A DNA stretch of 64,000 bases from Schizochytrium sp. TIO01 (Eukaryota > Protista > Bigyra: Labyrinthulomycetes): assembly GCA_004764695.1 (NCBI GenBank), contig SMSO01000032.1, positions 8,092,483-8,156,482 on the forward strand, given 5' to 3'. A program made the translations under genes and the position numbers. The first letter of the stretch is position 1. Every line of letters begins with the position of its first letter. The notes beneath the pieces are model-generated. The model was not told the origin of the DNA. It saw only the letters and a list, made by a program, of their open reading frames with translations, and made no database searches. This document shows positions 10,973-22,307 of the stretch, one piece after another.

Positions 10973-12478
10973 ATGGCGAGACCAACGCAGGAGCGAGCTC
11001 GAGCGAGCCCTGCTACAATCGCTGTCTTTACATGGGGGGTAATTATTAGCAGCGTGGCCCAGGTTGCACGCGGTGAGTCAAGTGAATACCCGCTCGCAGA
11101 TCTCGACTACAGTTGCTCAGAACGTATGCCCTGGTCTACACCGGCTGTGTTGTCTTCAAACTATATCTGCAGTGGCCATGGCACATGCGAAAGCAATGGC
11201 ACGTGCACTTGCCACTCTGGATGGACCGGGCTCAGTGACTTCGTGAATACAGAATACCTGGATTGTCAAATAAATACCACCGTTGTGCAGGTTCTATGGG
11301 CGTTGCTGATGCTCCTTAGCGTCTGGTGCCAGTACTCGATCTATGAACAGCTCGTGGACCGATGGGAAAAGTACAAAAGGCTTCGCAGCTCGCGTCTAAA
11401 GACTGGCTCCAAAATGAGCTTATGGGATCAGCCTGGTCTACTATCTGTGATGATATTCTCCTACGTTGGGTTTCCGGGAATCTTGATTATGGGTATGCTC
11501 AAGTTCTTCATGCATGATGCACGAATTGGAGTCTCGGTGTTCATCACGATTATTTTTGCAATTGTTCGGATTTCATTTTACATGATGCTCTACTTTTACC
11601 AGCCAGCACTTCTTTCCACATTCTTAAAGGGGTCACGACACCCAAATTCTCACGTCAGACTCATGCTTCGAATCACCCGACTTTTTGGTCGTGTGAACCT
11701 GTTCATGGCCGCTGCCACGAGCGTTTTGCCGTTTGTGATATATGCAGACGGTAGTGAGCCGAACAACCTTGCTGTCAGCATATTTTTGGCTTATATGTGT
11801 TCTCTCCTTGTCACTGTTGTTTTGCATATTATTCAAGCTTTTATTGTACGACAGAAAGCGAAGTATGCGTTCAGTGATTCTGTAGAGCTTAAAGAGAACT
11901 CTTTAATGCAATACACAAAACGGAAAATGGTGCATGGAGAAACAAGAGGTATTGTACATGGCATCTTTCAAGCTATTATCTATGTTACATTTGCTGCGGT
12001 TCCGTTTTTCTACAACAAACACGATTACTTCAATCCCATTGGCTGGTGCGCGTATGTCCTCATCGCCCGAGAAATGTCGCAGAGTGCTGTTGTTAGCCAT
12101 AGCCGCAAAGAGTTAAAGAGTACTGCCCTTTCAAGTATGATGACGCAAGACTTGCTGGGTTTTGAAGAAGGGAGTATCTCGAGAACCTCATCGGCCAGAC
12201 ATATCTCTCCACGTTATGAGCAAGGAATATCCTTTAGACCAACACAAAATACGGTCACTGTCCAAACTGTAAGCCAAGTTCTTACTGGGAACCCATTTGC
12301 TACAAATGATCTCACCTTCTCCAAACCTTATGGAGAAGTAATCAAGAAGAAAAGTAAGAGCAAGGACTCTCAAGCTCAAGGTTCTTCACAAAGAGGTTCC
12401 AGCAGTAAAAAATCCTCCTTAAATACAGCCACTTCGCTTCAAGAGGTTCAGCTTGATGCAATCGATGAAGCTCTTTAA
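10973..12478 (+). CDS. signal peptide + EGF-like domain + 7TM membrane protein (putative GPCR-like receptor)
   Basis: Hydrophobic N-terminus ending VARG|ES, EGF motif CSGHGTCESNGTCTCHSGWTG, seven hydrophobic helices and a Ser-rich cytoplasmic tail. ATG at 10973. Confidence 0.75.
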   Translation: MARPTQERARASPATIAVFTWGVIISSVAQVARGESSEYPLADLDYSCSERMPWSTPAVLSSNYICSGHGTCESNGTCTCHSGWTGLSDFVNTEYLDCQINTTVVQVLWALLMLLSVWCQYSIYEQLVDRWEKYKRLRSSRLKTGSKMSLWDQPGLLSVMIFSYVGFPGILIMGMLKFFMHDARIGVSVFITIIFAIVRISFYMMLYFYQPALLSTFLKGSRHPNSHVRLMLRITRLFGRVNLFMAAATSVLPFVIYADGSEPNNLAVSIFLAYMCSLLVTVVLHIIQAFIVRQKAKYAFSDSVELKENSLMQYTKRKMVHGETRGIVHGIFQAIIYVTFAAVPFFYNKHDYFNPIGWCAYVLIAREMSQSAVVSHSRKELKSTALSSMMTQDLLGFEEGSISRTSSARHISPRYEQGISFRPTQNTVTVQTVSQVLTGNPFATNDLTFSKPYGEVIKKKSKSKDSQAQGSSQRGSSSKKSSLNTATSLQEVQLDAIDEAL

Positions 12479-12916
12479 ATCAAACGTTCAGCCAGTCCAT
12501 GTTTCCTATTCTACAATTATTAAAGTTTGTCAAAGTAGTCTAAAATATGATGAGTTTTTCAGCCCTTTACTTCCCGCTTCAACTCAACAATTTTATATCG
12601 AGGAATGCTTCCTCCTCAGCTATATTTTATTTTAGTTATAGTATAAGAAAGTAAGAAGGGGCCTACAGCTAGTAGAGAGATAATTTCTTTAAAAGTGCTT
12701 CATTTCTTCCTAATGATCGTGCTTGAGAAAGAAGCCACTTGAGATGAAAGTATTCATTCTTGATGAGCTGAGGCCTCAATCACGATTGGGATGCACAGCG
12801 GCGTCGGGCCAAGCACTGGGCCCGAAAAGCGCTAGCTCGTGCGCCGCCACGGCGGAGGTGACTCTGCGGAGGACGTTGACAGCAGTAGCGTGCTGCCCAA
12901 AAGCTCGAAAGCAGAC

Positions 12917-14668
12917 ATGGCTTTCAAGGCTCCCGCCCCCAGCGCCTCAGCGGCGCAGGGGATCACGAGAAGGGCTTCTCAAGGGAGGAATGGGACCCAT
13001 GACGAAGGGTACTTTGGCGACGACTCTAATGAGATTAATAACGACGCCAATGTCTCAAACAGTGGGCCCAATAGTAGTTTTAAAAACAACAACGACGGCA
13101 ACCGTGACAAAAACAGTGACACTAAAGGCAGCAATGACAATAATTTCAACGGCAGTGACAATGGTAAAAACTATTCTGCAGGTCCAACAAAATTTGGGGA
13201 ATGGCCTTCGCGATGGCGATTAACAAGTAGCGAGAACAGCCCAGGGATTATGATGACATCAAATTTGGGCTCGACCTCGAGCACGAGTAGAGATTTGAGG
13301 AGCGAACGCAATTTTGATAGTGAGTTCAAGCCGCAAAATGGCCAAGTATCTGTTGCAGATGCTGCGCTACGAGCATTGGCAGATGATTTAGAACGTGGCG
13401 CTGATTGGGTGGTATCAGATGGTGAGGACTCGTATGAAAGTGAAGATAGCGTTGACGAGTGGGGAAGACCAACTCTGAGATCACGCCTCAGCTCAGCGGC
13501 AGATGAAATTCTGGCAGAGAGCTTTCAGGAAGATGCAGCAAGACCTACAAGCTGTTTCAAAGTCTTGGCGACGATGACACAAATATTTACAATTATTTTG
13601 ATTGCTGCCTCTTGCTTGTATCTGTTGCAGCAGCTCTTTCCAGACGTAAATCAAGCCATCAAGGACTGGGCCACCTGGGCAAACAGCGTCGGCTGGCAAG
13701 CTATGCTTGCATTTTGTTTTGTCGCAGCTGCTCTTTTGCTCATCCCTGGGGTCCCGGGATCTCTATTATGCTTTAGTTGTGGGGCTGTTTTTGAATTCAA
13801 AAAGGCATTTCTCATTGCAGGCGGAGCTCATCATCTTGGAGCATGTATGGCATTTCTATCTGCGAGGCTCTTGTGTCGCACACGCTTTGAGCGCTTGCTC
13901 CTGTCTCGCCCAACACTACGCAACATGTCGGCAGCTGCCCGCAAAGAACAGTGGAAGGTCACCTTTTTATCACGATTCATCGTGATGCCTGTACAGATCA
14001 AGTAAGTTATCGTTTTTCCTGACCAAGGATTTCCCATGGTTACTGGAAATCAAAACACTTCGCCGTTGTTGCTCATCTTTATCTACTATCGGAAGTTACT
14101 GACTGTATCTGCTTTTTCCTGTTCATGTTTTCATATCTACAAAATGAACTCTAGAAACTATCTTTTTGGAGTACTGCCAGTAACGTTTCCCTGCTTTTTC
14201 ATCATGTCTTTCCTCGGTGATTTTCAGAGCACTGTTTTTTCTGTATATCTAGGTTCTGTTTCTCAAACGATTTTGGACACAAGTACAAACAGTCGCCCAC
14301 TCAAATCTGGTGCGGTTTCCAATGGCAGCGAGCTAGCCTCAGAAGCTGATGCAGTCGCAGACTCGTGGCTGCCAATGTTGAGTTTGATTTTAGCAGTTGC
14401 AATGACAACACTAGCTTCCATCGTAGCACGGCGATCTTATATGCGCGTTTTGGCAGAACTAAAGGCAGAAGATGCAGTGACTCCAAACCACCGGTTGTCT
14501 ACCCACAGTAGTCGGAGAACTCGTACAATGCGCAGCTTTGAGGCTAGCTCATCGCCACTCAACGAAGCTGATGAGGCTGATGAGTACGAAGAGGATATGG
14601 AGCAACATGATGATTCCGATGACTATGAGGATGACCCTAATGCAGACCAGAAACGTCTTCTACCATAA
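12917..14668 (+). CDS. DedA/VTT (SNARE-associated Golgi, TMEM64/Tvp38-like) membrane protein; two exons 12917-14001 and 14155-14668
   Basis: PGSLLCFSCGAVF, LGACMAFLSAR and FLSRFIVMPVQI. A GTAAGT donor at 14002 and a TAG acceptor ending at 14154 join in frame to give QIKNYLFG, the family's P...NY..G motif. The N-terminus is Asn-rich. Confidence 0.85.
14002..14154 (+). other. 153-nt GT-AG spliceosomal intron (phase 2)
   Basis: GTAAGT...CTCTAG. Splicing removes the stop at 14003-14005 and links two ORFs into one VTT domain. Confidence 0.85.
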
Positions 14669-14981
14669 GCCTAGACCACGAGTCGGGAGAGACGAATCCC
14701 ATCAAGATGACCATCTATGCAACCATAAACCTTTTATTCCTTTCCAACCAGAGGATACTACTCTCCCTGTGTCTGTATTTTCTCAATAAGCCTATGAAGA
14801 GATTGGTATGAAACAAATCAAGCCTCTCTTCTGCATGTGATATGTATATCAAATTGAACCGAATTTGAAATAAAATTCTTTAATTAGGCCAAAACAAGCA
14901 ACGAAGAAATGATTTATGAAAGATAAATTGAAAGTTTACAATTGCACATAACTTCAAAAACAAGTACTTCGGTTGCAACTC

Positions 14982-17900
14982 TCAATGAATAGATGCCCGA
15001 GCATAATTATTGTTTCCAGGAACGGAGTTGCTTTTAGAATGCAAGGCTGCATAACTTGTTTGCTCACGGGTAAATGCTTGAAGAAAAGAGTTAAAGAGGC
15101 TAAAAAAGCGTTCGGAGTCAACTTGCAATTCTTGTTCTTCCACAGCGTAAGTCTTTAATAGCTTCGAATACTGCTCCTCCAACTTGCATACAGATGCTTG
15201 CAAGCAGTCTTGTGAGCGACGAGCTGAACTTGCAAAATTCTGCATTTTATCTTTGAAGACTCGAGATGTATCGTCCTCACCTCCAATTTTATCAATCAGA
15301 TTTTCCACAAATTGCAAGTCATTTCCAAGGTTTCGAGAGTTTGTTGAAAGCGTTTTAATGGAAACTCGACTAGCATCTGCAGTATGCTGCAAGTCTTTAC
15401 TCAACTTAAGCATCACGGGATATTTGGGAAAGGCAATTTCTCGAACAATGAATTGCAAGAGGGTAGTTTTGTGATCAGCTGCCTTGAGATTTTCAATTTT
15501 CACCAACAAATCTAGCTTGAACCCAACTGCTCCGCCACGTGCACTCGTACCATTTAAATAATTTCCCACAGCCAAAATCACTTTAAGTGTTTGCTTTAGC
15601 GCACTCGAAGTCTCAATTTCTTCGCATGCCTTGAGGAGCATTTGTACTTGTTCTTGAGCTTCAATGACTTGTTGTTTGTAACGAAGCTGAATGCTCCAAG
15701 CCTTGATTCTCTTGGTGAGATCGGGAATAGTCCCAAGTTCAAGAAACAGGAGCTCGATATTACCTAGCTCTGCACGATCTCCAGAGTATTCCTGAACGGC
15801 TCGGACTTCTTCTGATGTCGGAAGGATGTTAGCCAACATGTTCACGCGATCGGCACCTCCCCCAAGCCGCTTCAAGTCAAGCTCTACAATGCACTGTCGT
15901 AGTACCTCCGGAGCCATGCGTAAACGAGCAAAAGCGATACCTACATTTTGCTGTCGCTTGGGATCTAAGAGCTCAACTTTCTTCTTCTCAGAAAGGAATG
16001 AGTTTCGACGCGCCTTTGATGACCTATCACCGTCCTTATGCTCCTCCTCTTCTCGAGAGACTTCGGGTTGAGCTTGTGCAAAGTTTTCTTCTAGTGCGTC
16101 TAAATTAATATCTATGTCCTCACTTGCTCCTGCTTCTTTGTCCATTTGTTCCCACATTGACCCTTCCACGTAATCACTTGAAATTTTTGACCAAAACAGA
16201 GCACGCATTGGTTTCCGTGGGTTGACTTTAGGCTTCTCCCATAGCTTCTTTTTATCAATTGGTGCAACAAAGCGTGAACTGCTTGGTCCACTAATTTTAG
16301 AAGAAGCCGCTTTCTCTCCGAAGAACATGGCCTGGTCCTCGTCCGAGAGGCCATCACGCATCATTTTATTTCTGATAGCTCCATCTGGAATCCGAGCATT
16401 ACGCATCTTAGCATATTTTGCAAACTTAGGATCCTTTTCAAACGAAGTCGTACTTTCCTCAGACTCTGGTACACCTGATGAGTCATCGGATAACTTGAAG
16501 AACTCGTTTTGTTTCTCACTTGAAAGATTGTCCCGCATCATAGCATTTCGAATAGCTCCCTCCGGGAGCCCAGCTTTGAGCATACTTTCATACTTTGCGA
16601 ATGCAGGGTCAATAGCTTTCTGAGAGGTTTTTGAAGCTCCGCTTGTTGCAGAAGCTGTCTCAGCAGAAGCACCAAAGAACCGGTTAAGATCTTCTTCCGA
16701 AAGGCCATCTTTACGCATGCAGTTTTCAATTGCACCTCGCGGAAGTCCTGCCTTTTGCATGCGTGAATATTTTGCAAACTTAGGATCCAGAGCATCATTG
16801 TGGGCGTTTGCGGTGGACTGTTGTGCCCCAGAACTTTCGTTCAGATTCGGTAACCAAAACGATTTTCGTTCATCATCTGAGAGCCCATCCTTGGTCATGC
16901 AATTTTCAATCGCTCCTTCAGGAAGCCCTGCTTTACGCATCTTGTCATACTTCTGAAATTTTGGATCCACAATATTTGTTGGTGCATGCGGTACTAATAC
17001 TTGTGTAGGTGCACTTTCAGCCTTGGTGCGCCACTCCTTCACCTGCGATTCGGCACGCTCCAGCTCTCTTTCAAGCTGCTTGACTTGTTGTCGGGCCTTG
17101 TCAAGCTCTTTAAAACGGTCATCCCTCTGCAAATATAGACTCTCGAGTTTGGCAAAAGAAAGAGTCGCGTATTGTCCTGTAACTACTTGCTGACAGACTT
17201 CTCCAAGAAGGCTCCAAATTCTCGGTGCAAGGTACGTATCTGTAGGCACAACGAGCAGAGCGTACAACAAATCTAAAAAGTGCTTTCCGGCCCCAGCGGC
17301 CTGTGTGGCATACTGAATTTTTTCAAATAAGACTTCTGTGTCTGTGAGCCAAGCGCCAGAGTTGGGCGCCTCACGAAGAATCTCAGCCGTGTCAGCATCT
17401 GCAATCTCCCGATACTCCGAGCATTCAAGGTCCAGAGCCTCGCGGTCACCCTCAGGGTCCTCATCGTCATGGAAGAGCTCAATTGCACGATTAAGATCAT
17501 TGAGTACATGCATTATTCCAAGATATGCAAAATCTGATCGCAAGGCTACTCGCTCTTTCAATGTGGCAGCTTCCCTAATGTAGACATTGATAAAGTGGAG
17601 TACGCGAGATTTGAAAGCGAGGTCCAGTGCCTCATGTTCGCAAGTTAGGCACTCCATCAGAGTGGCGTAACGAAGTTCCTCATGCCGTTCCACTCGGTAT
17701 ACCTCAAATGCCGAATGTAGAAGTTCATGACCTTCCTTGCTATGTTGTGCAATTTTTACTGCGATATCAAGGACTACAGTCGCCAAACGTGGTAGATTTG
17801 GGTTACAAGCAAAACAAAGCACCACTGCAGCTACCGCGTGGCCGTCACAAACGAGGAAGTTGCAAATACTTTGGCTTCCTTCAACTAAAACCCAAAGAGA

Positions 17901-18320
17901 TTCAAGTACATCCAAGCGCAGCCGAGGATCCCTTAGCTCTCCGGCTATGTCCAAGAAGCGAAGCAATTTGTGAAGGCCTCCCAGTTCAAGGAATGTCTGT
18001 ATCCATCCGTCTTCAGATTTAATCTCCATACGTAAATCAAGGACATCTTGGGCAGATACTTTGTCTGCTGCAAGTATTAATTTGTCAAGAAACTCGACAC
18101 AACGAAGAGCCTTTGAGTGTCCACCATAAGCACTCGTCTGGACACGAACATAGCGCTGATGTTTGGAAAGTAATTTCCACTTCATATGCATTGGCTGAGA
18201 AAGCATGCGACCTCGTTTAGACTCTGGAATTCCGAGTTCGTCTAATAAGCGCCGGTACATCCTGTCAAGCTCATCATCGGGTGGCCTCTCGTTCTCTTCT
18301 GACCACATCGTTGAAGCCAT
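14982..18320 (-). CDS. formin (GBD/FH3 + coiled coil + four CCDC53-like repeats + FH2)
   Basis: N-terminal Drf GBD/FH3-like region (LLDELGI...KWKLL, WIQTFLELGG). FH2 motifs MRALFWSKI, LLDPKRQQNVGI, ILAVGNYLNG, GFKL, KTTLLQF. ATG at 18320. Confidence 0.92.
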   Translation of the reverse strand: MASTMWSEENERPPDDELDRMYRRLLDELGIPESKRGRMLSQPMHMKWKLLSKHQRYVRVQTSAYGGHSKALRCVEFLDKLILAADKVSAQDVLDLRMEIKSEDGWIQTFLELGGLHKLLRFLDIAGELRDPRLRLDVLESLWVLVEGSQSICNFLVCDGHAVAAVVLCFACNPNLPRLATVVLDIAVKIAQHSKEGHELLHSAFEVYRVERHEELRYATLMECLTCEHEALDLAFKSRVLHFINVYIREAATLKERVALRSDFAYLGIMHVLNDLNRAIELFHDDEDPEGDREALDLECSEYREIADADTAEILREAPNSGAWLTDTEVLFEKIQYATQAAGAGKHFLDLLYALLVVPTDTYLAPRIWSLLGEVCQQVVTGQYATLSFAKLESLYLQRDDRFKELDKARQQVKQLERELERAESQVKEWRTKAESAPTQVLVPHAPTNIVDPKFQKYDKMRKAGLPEGAIENCMTKDGLSDDERKSFWLPNLNESSGAQQSTANAHNDALDPKFAKYSRMQKAGLPRGAIENCMRKDGLSEEDLNRFFGASAETASATSGASKTSQKAIDPAFAKYESMLKAGLPEGAIRNAMMRDNLSSEKQNEFFKLSDDSSGVPESEESTTSFEKDPKFAKYAKMRNARIPDGAIRNKMMRDGLSDEDQAMFFGEKAASSKISGPSSSRFVAPIDKKKLWEKPKVNPRKPMRALFWSKISSDYVEGSMWEQMDKEAGASEDIDINLDALEENFAQAQPEVSREEEEHKDGDRSSKARRNSFLSEKKKVELLDPKRQQNVGIAFARLRMAPEVLRQCIVELDLKRLGGGADRVNMLANILPTSEEVRAVQEYSGDRAELGNIELLFLELGTIPDLTKRIKAWSIQLRYKQQVIEAQEQVQMLLKACEEIETSSALKQTLKVILAVGNYLNGTSARGGAVGFKLDLLVKIENLKAADHKTTLLQFIVREIAFPKYPVMLKLSKDLQHTADASRVSIKTLSTNSRNLGNDLQFVENLIDKIGGEDDTSRVFKDKMQNFASSARRSQDCLQASVCKLEEQYSKLLKTYAVEEQELQVDSERFFSLFNSFLQAFTREQTSYAALHSKSNSVPGNNNYARASIH
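16320..16967 (-). repeat. four ~38-aa coding repeats DPKFAKYxxMxKAGLPEGAIxNxMxxDGLS inside the formin
   Basis: Repeats begin near 16967, 16787, 16610 and 16433, about 180 nt apart. Confidence 0.9.
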
Positions 18321-19955
18321 TGTGGCAATAGTATAAAGTATGCGCCTTCTTTGTCTTGCAAGGGAGACGCAGACCAGGCGCCTGGTCTTGCCTCCTTGGA
18401 GGAATCCTCTCCCTTGTTTCAATCACTACTCTGCGCTTGTTATCTGGACGAGTAAGCAAAGGGTTCTACTAAAGTAGCTCTGTTTGAAGTACCCTAGGTG
18501 TGTCCCTCTTCAGTGAAGCATGAGCCTAAGTCTCTGCTCTCTTGTACACCTGTTTGGCCAAAACCTTGGCGTGTGCGCTATGCAAAGCTCGAACCGTGCC
18601 TCTCTTCTGTTGTTTTAGCTGCGCGCCATCAACGCACAACATAAAACAGGCCAAGTCAAATACCAAAAAGAGGCGGGTGTACTCCCTTCAACTTTTGTTA
18701 TTTCGCTGCACAACACCTGTAGAGCTGCGCGGGGTTCTCACAACTTGAAGCTTCTAGAGTGACCGAATATGTGCACCGAGACAATTACGCTCTTCGAGTC
18801 CAACTTTAGAATCAAAGAACTTTGAGAATTAAAAAAAAAAGAACATTGGAATACGGTTCTCCCTAAGACTTTGTATAACGAAGTAGAAAGCGTACACACC
18901 TTTTCTCATCAGTGTTAAGTACTAAACATAGATGTTCATGATACCATGGAGGACCAAACGATGTGCGTCGTTGTAAGTAAGAAAATACTGTTGTGCATAT
19001 CATGATGTTTAGGAAAGCAGGAAAACGTAGTTTGCATTCTTCTTGCTTTTAAAAGTATACCATCATCCTCTAAATATCGCAGCTTCAACTTTCAAAGTAC
19101 CAAGGATACCTTTTCCTGCTGAAGTTGAAGATAGGTGTCTTCGTTCAACTTTTACTATATTAAATTCTGAGAGTCACGATGCGATCATAAACTCGGACCA
19201 CGGGGGCAAAAAACCCACAACTAAGTTATTAGCAACAAAAGACCGTGATAACTCTAAGTGACAAGGCAAGAAAGGTAAGACGGCCATAAGAATGGATCCG
19301 TTTTCGGTCTTTCAGTTCTTTCCTGCAGCCAAATAGCAACTACTATCATAACCTCAAGAAGGTGTGCACTTTCTTTTTTCTAAAGAAGACAGTCCAAGGG
19401 GGTGTTTTGCAAAACTTTATAATGATAGGGCATTATATTCGAAATCAACATACCAAGGCGTTCGAAGGGTAGCATGCCGAAAGAAACTATTTCCAGCTAA
19501 GAGTTGCAAACTACTCCTCACGAGATTGTCGAGAGTTCCAGACGAACCCCCGGCGCAGCGCGGGGTGGACAAGGTAGCTGCAAACATAGTGAGGTAGTAG
19601 CAGTAGATTGGATCCTTGTTGATTAACGCAGTTCTCGTAGATCAAAAGCACATAAACAAGCAGACATAAGGCAAAGAAAGTGCTGAAGTATCTAGTGAAG
19701 TTTTAGAGGAAGCTAGAAGCAGCCTTTCGAGGGTTCTAGTGAGGCTAACGCATCATTGGATGTAATCGTGAAAGTCTAACGTGGCGAGTTTTCTCATTGA
19801 GGGTTCGCCATAAAATATTGATTGCCTCGAAACTCGCCGCAGCCGTGCAGGCCAGGCGGCAGAAAGCCTCGTAGAAATACATCTGTGAGGTGGCTCGTGC
19901 TTTGGGGTGGAGCAAAAGGCCACACACGTTGTGCACCTGGGGTTTACCAAACAAC

Positions 19956-22307
19956 ATGCAAAGCGCAAAAGATGAGGCCATCTTGCGCAACTTGTTACAG
20001 CAAGAGGCTGCACCTCGCGGAGCTCAAGGTATTGATACATCGTCTCAAAAAATCACGCCTCGACCACCTCCGCCACGAGGAAAAACTGGAGTAAGACCCC
20101 GTGGTCAAAAAATCCATGAGATTCGACAAGCACGCCTGCTACGAGAACATCAAGAGCGTCTTCGGAAAGTACAACCATTACTTGATAATACTGTGCCCAA
20201 AACTGCAAAAATGAATCATCTAAAGCCTGGAAGGAAACATCAGCAAGAATCATTTGGACAGCGACTAAAAATTGAGCATGAAAACCAAATGCTTGTCCAG
20301 CGCATGACTGCCGTAATGCATCGCCCAAGCGCCTACTCAAAGTCGGAAAAGGTTTCTCTTAGAGGACGTCACGAGCGTCAGCGCATGTGGGAGTTTAGGC
20401 GAATCGAGTCTGAAAACCGAAAATTGGCTGCACGATTAGAACGCGTACCTCCGTTTATGACAAATCAACAATTAAAGAAGGAATGGAAGCAGACAAAGAA
20501 GAAAATGGCAACTATATGTGCCTATCCTTTGACCATCGCTCAGCCTTATCGCCCTCCATCTACTACAAGTTCTTCCAAGCAAACAGCTCGTGGGAAAATC
20601 CCTCTTGATGCTGGAAACAGACCCAAATCGCCTACAGAGCAAATTTTGCCCTCAAATGTTCGCATTTTCCCGCCTCGTTCGCGAGACTTGCCTGTTGGAA
20701 GGGCTTTATCGCCTAAGCTGGAGGATGAATGTGATATCGGAGATCTTGGTTTTACAGAAAGAAACAGCTTTAAGACTGGCGTGAAACCTGACTGGACCTC
20801 CCCAGAGCCTCCAGGACAGAGTGCGCGGCCTGGACGACTCGCGGTCTTCTCAGAAGTTATCAGTATTCCCATGGCAGATTATCATCAGGGGGCCTACACC
20901 ACAAACATATGTTGTATTCTTGTGGCCGCAAGTATGACGATTGACGAGGCATACCGAACCTTGGAAATTAATGTGAGCCGATTGCGGTCTGGTGTTGCCT
21001 CAGATCGTCCCGAAGAGCAACATCAACTTGTAATGAACTATAGTGATGTTTTTACTTTAGTGCAAGGTGACACCCGAAGCACATACAGTCTTATTGCAAA
21101 AAAGCTTTGGTTCCGAAATAACAAACTCATGCTGACTGCAGCGTTTCCAAGCATTATTCTGGACGCACTTGTTGCTGACGAGGAAGAAACACCTCCAGTA
21201 GATGAACCTTTAATTACAGATGAAGACGAGGAAAAAGTTAAAAAGCTACAAGCTTGTATCAGGGGAAGACAAGCACGGCAGCAACGAAAAGAGGAGAATG
21301 AAGCAGCTATCAAATTGCAATCAAGATTCCGACGGTACAACACAGAAAAACTTGTGGTGGCTCGTAAGGAAGAAGAAAGTGCGACAAAGCTGCAAAAGCG
21401 CTTTCGTCGGTACAGTGCAGCGAAGCTCGAATCAAAGATGCAGGAGGAAAGTGCAGTTAAGCTTCAAAAGGCTTTTCGAGGCTTTCATCAGAAGCGACAC
21501 TCTGCCTCCTCACTAAACGACGAAGATGCCGCGAAGACAGTTAAACAGCCTAGTTCAAATACCATAACATCTGAGGATGAGAGCGCAGTGAAGCTGCAAA
21601 GTGCATTCCGTGGACATGCTGCTCGACGCCAACGAAAAAGCCAAGAGCTTAGTGCTTCAAAACTCCAGAGTGCCTTTCGTGGTCATCAGGCACGACGAGC
21701 GCAGAAGGAAGAAGCGCAAAGTGCTGTAAAGCTTCAAAGCGCATTCCGTGGTCATACTGCTCGACGCCAACAGAAGGAAGACAAGAGTGCAACTAAACTG
21801 CAAAGCGCTTTCCGAGGACACCAAAGCCGTCAGCCAATTGCAACCCGAGCTTTAGAATTCTCTGATGGCAACTCCTTCAAGGTCAATTTGAAACGGCTCA
21901 CACAAGACCGCTATTCGCTAGAATTGTGGCGGCATCAGCTTCCCCAAAAAGAGTCCTTAGAGCAGCATTTTATTTTCACATTGCAAAACAAGGAGGAGGA
22001 TGCAGACGCTCTAATGGACTACCTATGCGAATCTGTGCTTCGCTATCGAGTAGGAAATTTAGAAACTGTTGCAAGGTTTGCTGCGCATGCTGATCCATCG
22101 CGCCTGCTTATTGAAGAGAAGCAAGTTAAGAATGTTTACCATAAACTTCGTAAAGTTTCTCGATATGCAACTATGAACCGAGCTAGAAGGTCAGTACTAT
22201 TCATTTGTGAATATATAGTCGAGGACATGCAGAATGTAAAGATTCAAATGGTATTTAACCGAGAAGACAACTCAACTCGGTGGTATGAATTCAAGTCCAA
22301 TTCTTAG
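19956..22307 (+). CDS. CFAP97/Hemingway-domain protein with eight IQ-like calmodulin-binding motifs
   Basis: N-terminal HQERLRKVQPLLDN.P, IEHENQMLVQRM and RIESENRKLAARL, typical of the CFAP97/KIAA1430 domain. Eight KLQxxFRGxxxR-type motifs lie at 21240-21830. ATG at 19956. Confidence 0.75.
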   Translation: MQSAKDEAILRNLLQQEAAPRGAQGIDTSSQKITPRPPPPRGKTGVRPRGQKIHEIRQARLLREHQERLRKVQPLLDNTVPKTAKMNHLKPGRKHQQESFGQRLKIEHENQMLVQRMTAVMHRPSAYSKSEKVSLRGRHERQRMWEFRRIESENRKLAARLERVPPFMTNQQLKKEWKQTKKKMATICAYPLTIAQPYRPPSTTSSSKQTARGKIPLDAGNRPKSPTEQILPSNVRIFPPRSRDLPVGRALSPKLEDECDIGDLGFTERNSFKTGVKPDWTSPEPPGQSARPGRLAVFSEVISIPMADYHQGAYTTNICCILVAASMTIDEAYRTLEINVSRLRSGVASDRPEEQHQLVMNYSDVFTLVQGDTRSTYSLIAKKLWFRNNKLMLTAAFPSIILDALVADEEETPPVDEPLITDEDEEKVKKLQACIRGRQARQQRKEENEAAIKLQSRFRRYNTEKLVVARKEEESATKLQKRFRRYSAAKLESKMQEESAVKLQKAFRGFHQKRHSASSLNDEDAAKTVKQPSSNTITSEDESAVKLQSAFRGHAARRQRKSQELSASKLQSAFRGHQARRAQKEEAQSAVKLQSAFRGHTARRQQKEDKSATKLQSAFRGHQSRQPIATRALEFSDGNSFKVNLKRLTQDRYSLELWRHQLPQKESLEQHFIFTLQNKEEDADALMDYLCESVLRYRVGNLETVARFAAHADPSRLLIEEKQVKNVYHKLRKVSRYATMNRARRSVLFICEYIVEDMQNVKIQMVFNREDNSTRWYEFKSNS

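Noticed and set aside
21590-21830. Regularly spaced ~30-bp DNA repeats that could look like a CRISPR array
   Set aside because: They are IQ-motif codons inside a CDS, vary at synonymous positions, and have no cas genes in a eukaryotic context
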